A DNA stretch of 64,000 bases from Salisapilia sapeloensis CBS 127946 (GCA_023334545.1 JAADVB010000063.1:1-64000), one strand, 5' to 3'. Counted from the stretch's first letter, positions 45,343 to 57,614 are shown. Numbers and translations are program-made. The notes: generated by a model not told the origin, from the letters alone.

Positions 45343-46103
45343 TTGGATAAGCGGTAACCTGGAGTTGATCATGGTGTAGAGCTTGGGAAGCTGTAGTGAG
45401 TTCCGTTGGACGACTGGTGCAACGATACATGCAGTAGACTTTATCAGGTAGAGACGTTCTGGTTCTTTCTGTCGAGTAGACATGCTATTATGACTGTATG
45501 GTGTTTGATGCGTCTACTCCGTTTTAGATTGATAGGGATGCTGGGTGTGGTATTTTGGTCAATTTAGACGGAGATTTAATGTCGTGAGATGGATATCTTG
45601 TTCGCTTGCATGTACAAAGTATGACAGTATAAGCTTTACTTGCTCCGTGTAGATACCGATCCGAATCTGATTCGATGAACGACCGTTCAACGTATTTGAG
45701 CGATCGGGTGCTGATGCGTGTGCTCCACTTATAAAATTTGCACATCAAAGTCAATTGTAGCAAGTGGAATTGGATGACATCGATCAACTACAAGTACAAG
45801 TACGACTGATTCGCTGCAGCTTTCCAGCCGTATAGGATGTACTGACCAACTCGCTCTGTTTGCTACAAACCTCTATAACAACGTTACCAATACGACACAT
45901 TCACGCAGACACATTCCGACAGCTCAACTTCTACTATGCACAACGAAACCTCTAAATAGACCAAATAGACCTCGAAGCGTACAAGTAGAAATTCAAATCA
46001 CTCTTTTTATAAAATATGCATTTCCGCTCTGATTGCGTCATCTGTCTGGTACAACTAAGACACTTCAGTAGACGACACTTCGAACAAAAAATCAGCGATC
46101 AGC

Positions 46104-46778
46104 ATGAGCGAGAGCGCCAAGGAGCTCCCGAAGGGATGGAGAGAGGTGCAGAGCAAGAGCCGTCCGGATAAGGTGTACTATTTGCACGAAAAGTCGGGCG
46201 AGAAGACATGGAAAATGTCCCACGTCCATGCAAAGGAACGAGAGTTCCGGAAGCAAGGCGGGAAAGACCGGCACAAGCGCCGGAAGGACCAGGACGGTCG
46301 GTCTGTGCATACGCTGCACATTTTGGCCAAGCACGCCGGTTCGAGGCGACCGTCTTCTTGGCGACAGGAAAACATCACACGTAGCAAAGCTGTCGCTGTG
46401 GCTAAAATCGAAGGCATTAAGGAGAAACTTCAGGCCGTTGCGAACGAGCACAGTGACGACGTACGATCTTATCTCCTTTGCTCCTGCTATGTACTGATGT
46501 AAGCTTATAGAAGGAGTCGACTGCCGTTCGAGAACGCTTTGAAGAGATTGCAAAGGAAGAGAGCGACTGCAGCAGGTCTCTTCTTCTTCCTACACGAATA
46601 CAAGTGAGATGCTGATATCTGTCTACCTAGTGCGAAGCGAGGCGGTGACTTGGGACCTTTCACGGCTGGGAAGATGCAGCCAGCCTTTGAGAAAGCTGCC
46701 TTTGGATTGGAAGTGGGTGAATTGAGCGACGTCGTCGAGTCAGACAGTGGCATTCACATCATTTTACGCATCGGATAA
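46104..46778 (+). CDS. PIN1: Pin1-type parvulin peptidyl-prolyl isomerase with WW domain; 3 exons
   Basis: WW: [29 protein letters not shown]. PPIase: [24 protein letters not shown]...|...[13 protein letters not shown]|[48 protein letters not shown]. Confidence 0.92.
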
Positions 46779-46849
46779 ACTGATTTTCCTTCTCTTTATC
46801 TCTGTACCATGTGCAATATCAAGACAGGTGCATTCTCAAGTGTAAAAAT

Positions 46850-48796
46850 CTATTGTTCCACGGCAAAAGCTTTGCTAAATGCGTCCTGCTCTTGGAAAAG
46901 TCCCTGCGGTTCACGGAACGCAAGCGGGACTTCTCCTTTGCCCTTTCGTTTCACCTGTTTTTCCACCAAACTCTTGTACGTAATATCGAGACTTGGTTCA
47001 ATATCGAGGAATTGTGTCTTGAGTTTCTCTTCAAACACTTTTGCTCGAATCGCGACATCGGCATTGTAGTGCTGTCGCATCGAATGTAGTTCCCACAATG
47101 AGCTCTGCAACGCATGACATGTCTTTGGATCCTGCGTCTCATTATCAAACGGATCATTCCCGTGCTCTAATGTCACGTTCAAATTGTCCTGCGCTAGTTT
47201 CTTTGCTGCAGCATCCACTGCATTCGACTTACTCAATTGCTCTCGTCGGATCTTGGCTTGCTCTGAAGCTGTCGACGTGCCTGTTCGATGGATCAGTTGG
47301 AGACACTCTTGATGCCGAACGATCAGGTTGTACACCATCGGAATGACGAACAGGATGACACCTGGCTCGGCGAAGAGAGCTAGTCGAGCAAGACGTTTCG
47401 CAAATGCTGCGATCATGTAGGCTGGTAAGTGCGTCGAGGACAAAAAGAGGTGCAAGAGACGGAAGAAACGATCACGTTGCTTGGACGTGAGGAGCGTCCG
47501 GTCCGCGAGGAGACGGTAGAGCTTAGTGTAAAAGTCTGGATAGTCAAAGTTGTACTCTTGGATGAGGACGAAGAGACTGTTGAGTGCGAGAAGGCTCGTG
47601 ACGCCTCCGACTTCATACGAGTCCGTGAGGAAGTCTGCCAAGAGCAGAGGATTACGGAGGTGCGGCATGATGTCATCTGGAAGCTGTGTCAGGATCTGTT
47701 TGTACGCCGAAGGTGGGAGCGGATGGCGCAAGAGAGCGATCCAGGCAAGGCTGAAGGCATATTCATGCTGCTTGACACTGTTCAAACCTCGAGTGGGGGT
47801 GTTTGGGGCTGAGCGTTTGTCTCCGACCTGTTCCTCTTCGTCCGAGCTCTCATCATCGGAGCTGTCACTCACAAGCTCATCATTGGGGAGAGCGTCGGAT
47901 GAGGTGAGAAAGCTTGTGATGTCGTCTGGAGTCTCTGGCATGTGGACCATTGCTAAAAGGCGTAGAGCATTGTTGACAACGGTGTAGTCTCCGTCTTCTG
48001 CTTGGTGCTTGTCCAAGATGTTGGCCATGTTCTTCAAAGTGTAGTACTGGACGTCTGAGTACGCACCGACGTACTCTCCCTTAAAGACACTTTCCAATTC
48101 GTTCTTAAGTGTCGTGCCATGCAAAAGCTGACGAATGAGCCGCATGAAGGTTTCGTTACTGAATGTCGTGCGACTCTCGCCTTTAATTTCACTTTCACGA
48201 GCAACAAATTCCATCAGAGTACGTAGAGCATGGACTTGGAGGTTCGGATCGACAGTCGAGTCAGTGACGAGCGTAAGCATGTCGCCAATGAAGTGGACGT
48301 AGATGTCCCACAGCCATTGACTGAATTTGGTCTCGGCTGAAGTCGTTTTTGCCTTTTTAGCCGGCGGAGGAGCTGTGTTGGAGGACGGACCTATATGTGA
48401 ATTATAATGAGATGCTTTGATCATACCGACGTCAGTACATGTGAAGTGCGTACGCTTTAAATCGCCCTTGTCCGCAAAATGCAGTAGCAACCGTCGAACG
48501 GATTGGATGGCAGCTTGCACAATCGCCTGCATTCACATCACATAGATAAATAAGTCTCAGAATGCTCCTGTAGTATAAAGGGCAAAAAGTATGGCTCTAG
48601 TACCTTGTCTTCGTTCTGAAGTGCCTTCACGAGCTTTGGGAGTTCTATTGCCACAAGTCGATTCCAGTAAACATAAAAGCACATTAGCATTCATCCTTTT
48701 CACCAAAAGACAGCCAGTAGATTGCATACCGTTAATGCGCTTAACATCTTCTCGAATCGCTGCTTCGAGCTGCTTGACTGCTGCCGGAGAGTTCAT
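46850..48796 (-). CDS. NOC4: Nucleolar complex protein 4 (CBF/Mak21 domain); 3 exons
   Basis: PLLLADFLTDSYEVGGVTSLLALNSLFVLIQEYNFDYPDFYTKLY...FFRLLHLFLSSTHLPAYMIAAFAKRLARLAL...ALQSSLWELHSMRQHY. Two small upstream exons: MNSPAAVKQLEAAIREDVKRIN|ELPKLVKALQNEDK|. Confidence 0.88.
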
Positions 48797-49069
48797 ATCG
48801 ACGTGTCTCCTATTGGTGTCCAACAATTTGATTCTCAGATGGAGTATGACATAATTTAGCTCGAGGCTAAATTTACATTTGGAATGACTCGAAAGAAGCG
48901 ACATTCGTCATAATAGAACGGTCGAGTGGGAAGGAGGTGCGATGGACGAAGCTGATGAGCGAGATCAGGAGCACATGTACCTAGGTTTCCTACGAAATTT
49001 GCGATCTGATGACTCGGCTTTTAATATACGTACGAATGGATTTGATAATGACCGACTTTGGCTGACGAT

Positions 49070-50327
49070 ATGTGCTTCGACTCAGATGAATTAACATCCT
49101 TTGCCGGGTCCGAAAGTCTATCCGATCTAGATGTACCTCTGCATCAGTATTCGTATCAAGAGACCAATGTCTTTGGATCCATTGCACCGAGTGTCGAGCT
49201 TCTTGCGAGTGACGATAACTCGGAACTTGAATCGAAAGTCGATGCCGCATCCGAACTATCCATCGGTCCAAACGTCTTGGCTGTAAATGATAAAGGTAGG
49301 TGCCTCTACCTCGTCAAGAAAAGTGCGAGATGCACACGTTCTGCGACTGGTCAAGACGGTCGATGTGCTCTGCATAAGCTCAGTCAGTTCTGTCGAAAGC
49401 CACTTTGTTCCAAGTTCAGTCAAGGCAATGGCTTTTGCATTCAACACGGTGGAGGCAAACGATGCTATGCTCTCGGGTGTGAAAAGCTAGCCCAAGGCTC
49501 TGGTTTATGTGCCACGCATGGTGGAAAACCAATGTGTCAGGTCCACGGATGTACTAACAAGGGGTTGGAAGGAGGGTACGTTCGTAGCTAACTAGTCCAA
49601 TCTTCGTGTCTAAAATAAATGGAGCAGGATATGTAAGATGCATGGCGGTGGGCGATACTGTCAGGCGACAGGTTGCTTGCAGCGAGATCGTGGAGGAGGC
49701 TACTGTAAGACGCATGGAGGTGGCAAAGCGTGTGCCTTGCAAGGCTGTCAGAAACTTAGTCGGGGAGGCGGTTTCTGCAGGATGCATGGCGGAGGAAAAC
49801 GGTGTGATGTGGCTGACTGCTCGAACTGGGCCATTGGCGGCGGCGTCTGCTTTATGCATAAGGGCCCGGGGCAACGGTGTACGACTATTGGCTGCACGAA
49901 GTACGACATGGGCGGTGGACATTGCATCTCCCATGGAGGAGGTCGCAAGTGTATCGTGGATGGATGCGACAAGGTCCAACAAGTGAACAAGCGTTGTCGA
50001 GGACATGGAGGGAAGAAGCTGTGTAGCATGGAAGGATGCCAGCGTGCAGCGCAGAACTATAAACTTTGTAAGTCACATGGTGGCGCAAAGCGATGTCTTT
50101 CAGATGGATGCATGAATATGCAGAAAGGGAGAGGGTATTGCATTCGTCACGGAGGTGGGACCAAATGTAAGACGGAAGGATGTGATGCCATCGACCGTGG
50201 CGGAGGGCATTGTAAAGCCCATGGCGGAGGGAAGAAATGTTCGATGGAGAGCTGCAAGAAGTGGGTGCTTGGTGGTGGGCTCTGTGGAGAGCATCAAGAC
50301 AAGGACGACTCGACCGAAATGGCGTGA
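49070..50327 (+). CDS. Cys/His/Gly repeat protein (12 x C-x4-C-x9/10-C-x2-H-GG, WRKY19-type zinc-finger repeats); 2 exons
   Basis: 52-nt intron 49576..49627 restores the frame. Twelve roughly 24-aa units (e.g. KACALQGCQKLSRGGGFCRMHGGG) plus one degenerate unit follow an acidic N-terminus. No WRKYGQK motif is present. Confidence 0.85.
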
Positions 50328-50841
50328 GCATTTGAAGTGATATGGATGCGTGCAGTAGTGAACAGGAATGATGCGTTTTACTATTATCCGTACGTGTTCC
50401 GTTGTTTTGTTCTTTATTTATTCACCAGATTCAAACGTTCCAGACGTGTATGTATACGAATTGTGCTCGCAAGCTACGGAGTATTCGCCTTGGTTTCTTT
50501 ATGTTTGAACTCTTGTGAAGGGCTTAAGTAGTGTTAGACGCAGAAGCTCGCATCGAAGCCAGACATATCATCAGTTATTACTGAATCAAAAGTTTCATAT
50601 TTGTCCTCTAGTACAAGTGGTAGACGACAAAACAAACGAGAGAGTGCCTTTAATGACTTTTGTCACTTTGTCAGGATACTACGCGTAGTCAATTCAACCA
50701 GAATAAAATTGAAAAGTTAAAAATGTGTTTATGAACAAGTTTATCCTTTGGATATCTTGCTGATATTGTAGCAGCTATATTCCATTCTATTTCTTTTTAA
50801 TGTGTGTGAAAATGAGGTTTTGAGCTGAATGAAAACTTGAA

Positions 50842-51615
50842 TTAGTAGTCAGGGTCATTGGAGCTACGGTAACCTCCGTCGATTCGGATGTCGGTGCCGT
50901 TGATGAAGGGGCTCTCGATAATATGGAGTGCTGTACGAGCGTAATCTTCTGTCTCGCCTCTACGAATAGGGAAGACCAGATCTTGACTATGTTTTTCAGA
51001 CACGACACTTCCAGGGACCATGGGTGTTTCCATGACACCGGGACTGATAGATACAACGCGAATACCATACTTTCCCAGATCACGTGCAAGTGGCAATGTC
51101 AGCCCCAAGACGGCGGCCTTGGAAGTACAGTACGCAGCAAAGTATTTGGAGCCATCGTGGCCACCAACGGATGATGTATTGATGATAACACCTCGCTCGC
51201 CTCCCTCATTTGGGTCTGCCTTTGACATCCTTTCAGCACCAAGACGGCAGGTATTGAATGTTCCGACGACATTGACGTCCATGAGGCGTTGAAATAACTC
51301 CAACGAGTGGACTCCGTCTTTGTTTAACGTTGGGAGCGTGGCTAGAATACCAGCGCAGTTGATGAGAACATTTAAGGGCTCATTAAATTCATTTTCAATG
51401 TGGTCCAGTGCAGTCTTGACATCATCTTCACTTCGCACGTCACCGGCGATAAACCTGGCTCTTTTCCCCATCTCTCTAGCAACTTGTTCCCCTTGAGATG
51501 ACGGCATATCGAACAACAATACCTTCGCCCCTTGGTTCATGAGACGTTGTGCTGTATGTCTGCCAAGGCCAGAAGCACCACCGGTGATCATTGCAACTTT
51601 ACCCCCGAAAGACAT
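50842..51615 (-). CDS. HSD17B10: Short-chain dehydrogenase, HSD17B10/3-hydroxyacyl-CoA dehydrogenase type 2-like; intronless
   Basis: ITGGASGLG, NCAGI, VNVVGTFNTCRL, GERGVIINTSS, YxxxK (YCTSK), TLPLARDL, FPIRRG, INGTDIRIDGG. Confidence 0.85.
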   Translation of the reverse strand: MSFGGKVAMITGGASGLGRHTAQRLMNQGAKVLLFDMPSSQGEQVAREMGKRARFIAGDVRSEDDVKTALDHIENEFNEPLNVLINCAGILATLPTLNKDGVHSLELFQRLMDVNVVGTFNTCRLGAERMSKADPNEGGERGVIINTSSVGGHDGSKYFAAYCTSKAAVLGLTLPLARDLGKYGIRVVSISPGVMETPMVPGSVVSEKHSQDLVFPIRRGETEDYARTALHIIESPFINGTDIRIDGGYRSSNDPDY

Positions 51616-52299
51616 CTTTGCAAAAGATCGTATTTAAATGTTTGATAATGTTTGGAAGTCGATCGCTTTGCTTTAGAAGATCCGATTATAAAATGAGATT
51701 GATGATACCAAAAAGATATTTTGAACGTATCAACTACAAGTACAACCTCTCGTTGATTGTGTCCGCTTCTACTCGATCCTTATAAATGTATGTTTCCATG
51801 TGAACGTGATAGAGAGCATGGTTTATAGTCGTATAATTGTAGATCTAAAAGCCTGCAAATCTTATCAATGGGTGATCGACGAGTACATAACACGCTGGAT
51901 GCTTTTGGTGCTTCCGTGTTCCTTGTACAGCGTAGCTAAAAGAATGTGCACGTTTTCAATGTCCGCTACCACGCAGCAAATACAAAAGCTTATCGGAAAT
52001 TTCGCATGCCATTGAAGCTTCGTGGTTAAAGCAACAGATATATTACTGGAATTTGCTTGGTAAATGAACATTTGACAAGCATAGAGTATTCAAATACTTG
52101 AACATTGCCTAAACGAGAGTTGATCACGGACTGCATCAATGGTTTCTAGCCCCGCTAAATAAAGCTTGCAATAAACTTTCGTAATTTTACAAATAGTTTT
52201 CAATTCTTCCAAGGGTTCGGTCAATTGTGCACTACTATACCCCATTTCCATACTTTGACACGCATGACTCAGATTTGAAAAATCAATCACAAGACAGCG

Positions 52300-54585
52300 A
52301 TGGATTTAGATGGCGTGTCCTCCCTCACGAGCAGAGTATGGATGCTAGCACACATCCACGGCTCTCTATCTGACAAATTACGCCATATACGAGATCGAAT
52401 TACAAATAAAGATGCTGACATGTATCATGCGAATTACACTCGCACAAGTCTGCATGATGCTGCCCAGGAAGGTGACCTCCCTCGCATCGAGGCATTGATT
52501 GAAGAAGGTCAAAATATAGAAGCCATGACGATGGAATTCAAGACACCGCTGCGTATTGCTATCGATAATGATCAAGCAGAAGCTGCCATCGCTTTGCTTG
52601 ATCGAGGAGCATCTATGGAACGTAAGCGAGACTGTGGTGAACGATGTCTTCGTAAGGCTGTGAAAATGGGCAACGAGAAGATTGTAGAGCAGTTATTAAT
52701 GAGAGGAGCCAAGCCACACTTCACTTACCCTGCTGAAGTGGCAGTCGATGGTGGCAAGAGAGCTTGTATCTACCAGTTACTCGATGCATATCAGAGCCTC
52801 CCACATGCATTAAAGTCACAAAGTAGATACGTTGTCCTAGGTGTCCTTCGTCAGCCTTTTATATCGAAGAAAACGACAGAGCTGAAAAGTAATCACGAAA
52901 TGCTCCGACAAGCACTGGAAGACACGACAGATGCGCGGTGGAAGAAGATACTTAAAGATGTTTTGTCCGATTTTGAGCTGGAAATGCTCGAATGGGCCAT
53001 TCGTACAGGCTCAGACGATGTACAGAACGTAAAAGAGCTTGTGAACAAAGACGAGTGGCCTGGCGTCACGCGTTTCTCCGACGGCACGACACTCCTCCAT
53101 CGAGCTGCATCTGCTCAGGACTTTGTTCTGGTGGAAAAGCTCCTAGAAGCAGGAGTAGACCCATATATTCGCGACATGTACGACAAACGTGCGTTTGAAG
53201 TACTGCCGGAGTACGAACTAGTCGAGCCACTACGCGTTGCTATCTTCCAGTATACAAAAAATACCTTTGATTCGATCGCTCACGATCTCTTGTCCGAACC
53301 AGATACGACGAAGAAGCCGCAGGACTTACTCAAGTACATGTCAAGCATGGAAGACTTGCGTATCGCTTTCAACATTGCCGTCGGTATCGTTTCGTCCGAT
53401 GAACTACATACATTCGTGCATGAAGCATTAGGTAGAGCTATTGATCATCGGCTTATGTTTGATGACAAGGGCATGGAGTTGTTTATCGTTGCGTTGCGTG
53501 AATGTAAAAAGCGTAAACTAATATCCAAAGTACAGAAGGATAATTGGCTCGTCAGAGGTACTCGCGTGAATTGTGAAAATGCGGCGTGGGTATGGGGCAT
53601 GAAGCGTTCCTTAGACCAGATCGATCATCGATTGAAATGGACAGAATTTGGTGTCCACACACTAGAAGTAAACTTTCGTGCATTGCAACGTACACTACAG
53701 GCACAAGAAGAGAGTGAGGAGAAGAGTCGGAAAGTAAGGCTCATGATCTCCGTCACGTGTGCGTCTCTCGTTCTTATCGGAGGTCCGTTGCTCCAGAATT
53801 GGCTCGAGACTATGTTTGACTTGTCTGCACCTGGACCTGTGCTAGCAGCATTGACAGAGCCGATCATGGCTGCACCACATCAAGCTGCTAACTTCGCCAG
53901 TCAAGCTGTCGGTGATCTAGTGGTAAAGGAGGGATTGAGGGAGATGCTGGAAGATGCGTCTATCTCGTCCAGTGACTTTATCGTTGCATTCCAACTAGCT
54001 ATTGCATATGAGGAGAAGAGGAGGTTTAAAAAACGATTGGGTGATGCTACACATAGCAGTACAGAGACTTATGCGGTGGAAGATGGGTGGGCAGTGCCGG
54101 ATGATAGCAAGGCGGAAGGTTGGACGAGGTCTCGTTTTGACAACAATTCGACGCTGTTTGAGCAGGTAGCACATCAAGTACGAGCTACCAAGTTGGAGGA
54201 AAAGGAGAGTGTGTCTTTCGGAGGCACGACACAGTATCTACTGGTAGACTTCTCGACGTTGGATATGGAAGACTTGATCGCCCATCCATATCATTACGCT
54301 GTGTTTGACAGTCGAGGAGATAAGAGTAAGTTTATGGAATGGATGCAGCTTGTCGAAGGAGAGGATGTGAATGCAACAATGGCGTTCCGCATTCGCAAGA
54401 GTAAGCAGGCGGAGGAATGGCAAGTGAAGGAATGCACGGCGATGACATTGGCGTCGTACTTGGGGTATGAAGCACTTGTCGAGTGGTTTTTAACGCAAGA
54501 GGATGTCGAGAACGCTGAAAAGAGCTTTAGCACAAGAGCTCGAGCGCAGTTTGTAGCGAATGAAAGAAGATCATCCAATTCTTAG
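52300..54585 (+). CDS. Ankyrin-repeat protein with central coiled coil and hydrophobic helix; intronless
   Basis: Ankyrin units TSLHDAAQEGD, TPLRIAIDND, CLRKAVKMGN, TLLHRAASAQD and a C-terminal TAMTLASYLGY. Coiled coil EVNFRALQRTLQAQEESEEK followed by LMISVTCASLVLIGGPLL. Confidence 0.8.
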   Translation: MDLDGVSSLTSRVWMLAHIHGSLSDKLRHIRDRITNKDADMYHANYTRTSLHDAAQEGDLPRIEALIEEGQNIEAMTMEFKTPLRIAIDNDQAEAAIALLDRGASMERKRDCGERCLRKAVKMGNEKIVEQLLMRGAKPHFTYPAEVAVDGGKRACIYQLLDAYQSLPHALKSQSRYVVLGVLRQPFISKKTTELKSNHEMLRQALEDTTDARWKKILKDVLSDFELEMLEWAIRTGSDDVQNVKELVNKDEWPGVTRFSDGTTLLHRAASAQDFVLVEKLLEAGVDPYIRDMYDKRAFEVLPEYELVEPLRVAIFQYTKNTFDSIAHDLLSEPDTTKKPQDLLKYMSSMEDLRIAFNIAVGIVSSDELHTFVHEALGRAIDHRLMFDDKGMELFIVALRECKKRKLISKVQKDNWLVRGTRVNCENAAWVWGMKRSLDQIDHRLKWTEFGVHTLEVNFRALQRTLQAQEESEEKSRKVRLMISVTCASLVLIGGPLLQNWLETMFDLSAPGPVLAALTEPIMAAPHQAANFASQAVGDLVVKEGLREMLEDASISSSDFIVAFQLAIAYEEKRRFKKRLGDATHSSTETYAVEDGWAVPDDSKAEGWTRSRFDNNSTLFEQVAHQVRATKLEEKESVSFGGTTQYLLVDFSTLDMEDLIAHPYHYAVFDSRGDKSKFMEWMQLVEGEDVNATMAFRIRKSKQAEEWQVKECTAMTLASYLGYEALVEWFLTQEDVENAEKSFSTRARAQFVANERRSSNS

Positions 54586-54853
54586 ATGAGTCGGAGATCG
54601 GATGAAGGTAGACGATACTTGCAGTAGATATACAAACTTTGATAATAAAAATTAAAGCAAGTTCTTCATCCCAGTCTTGTAAAAGAGATCAAGTAGGTTA
54701 CTGGCGACCCCATGTACAAGTATCGTGCTCATTTGCCTATCTACAAATGCTCATAGTAGCTACAATCTAGCTATAAACCGGTTTCATCGAAGAGAGTACT
54801 GTTGAAGATATGTTAAACGAGACGATCGACCTGCATCAGGTGCTGGCAGAGGC

Positions 54854-57614
54854 ATGCGTCGTCGGCATACTGGAGCTATTGGGGAGGTGCAGCGGCAGAA
54901 CGTGCCTGCGAATCCAGCGTCTGCTGGTGCACCTGGTGGTTGTGAAGATCGAAGATCTAGCAGAAGAGATGTGGATCAATATCGGTCGTGTCCTGTGGGA
55001 CCCGATGACGATCGCAGGCGTCGTTGGGCGAGTTCTTCCCCAGCAACGACGCATGGTGGTAATCCTACGCTAGCTGGAGACAACTTTACCTTGAACTCGT
55101 TGCCAGCATCTGCTGCATCTAGCAGCGTCGTGGATGAAAACACAGTCGGATTGGTGTGTACCATGTACTTGCCAGCTTTCTTCGATACACTGTCCAAGTA
55201 CCAGTACCACCAAGTACGACGCTCACGCGACTATCATGCTCATGCTATATGTAGTGATGATTGTATTATATGTAGGCATTGGCTCCAATAGCCCATGGTG
55301 CTCGATACGACTGGAAACATTGGGAGGCCTTCGTGGTCATGATGAAGCTCACAGCGTCTTGTGAAAGCACGTAGGGCACTCTATGCAAGTGTGTTATGCC
55401 TCAATCGAGTTACTAAGTGACCATGATAGGTATCACTTGATGACATACTTGGAACCACGCAATGCGGCGTCCGAGACGATCGACGAGATGTACAATAAAG
55501 TGGTCATGCTAATGCAGCACCTCGCAAATGAGATCCGTCCTCTTTCAAAGCAACAAGAGCAGCAGCATGCAAAACATCAACAGGAACAGCGTGAGAGTAT
55601 GACAGACGTTCAAAGTCGGACGAGTGAGTTGAGTACCAAGAGTGACATTGGTGATGGCAGTCTCATGTTCGCGTCATTCGGAGATCTTCCGTACTATGTC
55701 GATTTATTAGATCAGGCAGCAACTTTCCTTTCGTTACGTATCCCAATGCTCCAGCTCTATCGTTCTCTCCTTCAAAAGTCTACTCCTTTAGACTTTCACG
55801 CGATGAAAAAGAAATTAGATACGAGAATCCAAGCCGTGGAGAAAATAGACCATCCGTTGTTGGATGTACTGAAGGAATCAGCTATTCAAGAGCTCCAGAC
55901 CGTACGTGCAGCGTTGCATAGCGAAATGCAGATCGCGCAGTACAACATGACTACGTCGATCATCGCTCTGCATAAGCTTAAAGCTGCTCTAACGTCCTGG
56001 AGCGACCATATCGACTCTCTATCAGACTACCCTCTCTTCGATGGCTTCGGGGGTCCTGCCATTGAGGAAGGGTCTTTCGAACGCTCTCAAGATGAGACGG
56101 ATGTCACACCGACGCAGGAGGAGAAAGTTAGTAGTCGTCAGAATGATTCGAACGACTCTTCCCTCTCGTCTGCATCTGTATCGGCATTTGATGAGTCCGA
56201 TACGCCAAATCTCTTTGCTTCCGACTCCCAACCACCTTCTTCTTCTTTTAATGAACGTCGAAAAAGCCTTCAGACATCAGGGTCAATCGAATGGAAGCAA
56301 GAAGAGTGGATGGAAAAGTATACGTCTGCGATTCACGTGACAAGTGGTACGAGCTCAGAGACAAAAGACGGACTCGACACGACGTAAGTAGAGCGTTCTA
56401 TACCTGTATACGTATAGTCTAATGATTCCATTCAGCGCTTTCCTATCGGACGGTTTACCTTTCTGTTGTGATAGTGCTTTATCCAAGCTCAAGCGTCAAT
56501 TGTCGCTGTCAAATCTCCCAGTGCCTCGCTTCCTCATGCAGCAGTCCGATGAGAGTTCACGAAACAACCTTCGACACTCGACCTTGACATCCTCTCACTC
56601 TGGATCAGCAGAAACACCGCATGTCGCTCTGCCGACAGGAGTGCACGGAACTGGCATGTCGCTCCATCAAGGTCAAGAAGAGCATACAGGTATGGAAACC
56701 GAGGCGTCGGAAGAAGGGTTTGCATTACCAGTGTTCCAATGGTCCCAACGTTTCTATCGTTCGTTACTTGCCAAGTTCTCTCTCTACTTTCACCAGTGGC
56801 TCGAACCTTTTGAAAAACGTGGCAAGTTCCTGTCTTCGGACTTGACACACTTCATCAAGACGCCGAGTGGCTTAGCATACTTGCAACTGATGGATGCTCT
56901 ACTTGGTCAGACGACTGGACAGCAGAAATCTAATACCAATGAAGAAGGCAGTGCCCATGTCATGATACTACTCGACACGGCGCAACTAGATGATCAAGGT
57001 GGACATTACTATGTGAACGGATATCGGTGTCCGAGCTCTAGTAGCGTTGGTGGACAGCCGTTGTACATTCCTCCGACAGAGTCTACGTCCGAGTCGGACG
57101 AAGATGAGCCGGAGGATGGTCGATTTGGGGATGAAAGGCAAGCAAAAGGCATACGAGCTGGACCTGGACCTGGACGCTCTCGCTTCCGTCCTAAGGATGA
57201 GAATGTCGATCATCAGGATGACTTTGCTCCTCTATGGGGTGTCGGAGCTTTCCCGGCGGTCTTCCGCTATCCTACGAATGTCCAGGCACCACGTGAGCAC
57301 TGGCCGAATGTAGTGAGTCTGATCATGGAGCACAAGGAATCGATGGAGACCACTCGCCCAGTGTAAGTAGCCATGCATCTCGAGACTAGTAGACGAGTGC
57401 TAACGACTATAACAGATTTACGCATTCGGAGAAACGAATGAAAGCCGTGTACTACATGACTCGAGTGGATCCGTGCTTGTACTTGGTTTTGCTCATGGAA
57501 GGCAAGTCTAAAGTAACGGAAAAGGCAGCTCAGGATTTTATGCAGCTCGTCACGACGAATCTACAACATAGTCCAGCGTTTGAGCTACCACGAGCACCAC
57601 CTTCGTCTGTCTAA
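54854..57614 (+). CDS. KICS2: KICSTOR subunit 2 (C12orf66)-like; multi-exon
   Basis: Ordered recalled motifs: AFFDTLSKYQY; HWEAFVVMMKLTASCES|TYHLMTYL; FLSLRIPMLQLY; HPLLDVLKESAIQEL; FQWSQRFYRSLLAKFSLYFHQWL; GYRCP; FPAVFRYP...HWPNVVSLI; YYMTRVDP. Confidence 0.75.

Noticed and set aside
49070-50327. Calling the Cys/His repeat protein a WRKY transcription factor
   Set aside because: No WRKYGQK heptapeptide or WRKY domain. Only the repeat type associated with WRKY19 is present.
52090-52290. 66-aa minus-strand ORF head-to-head with the ankyrin gene
   Set aside because: Starts 10 nt from the ankyrin ATG, leaving no promoter space, and has no motif or splice partner. Likely chance in AT-rich DNA.
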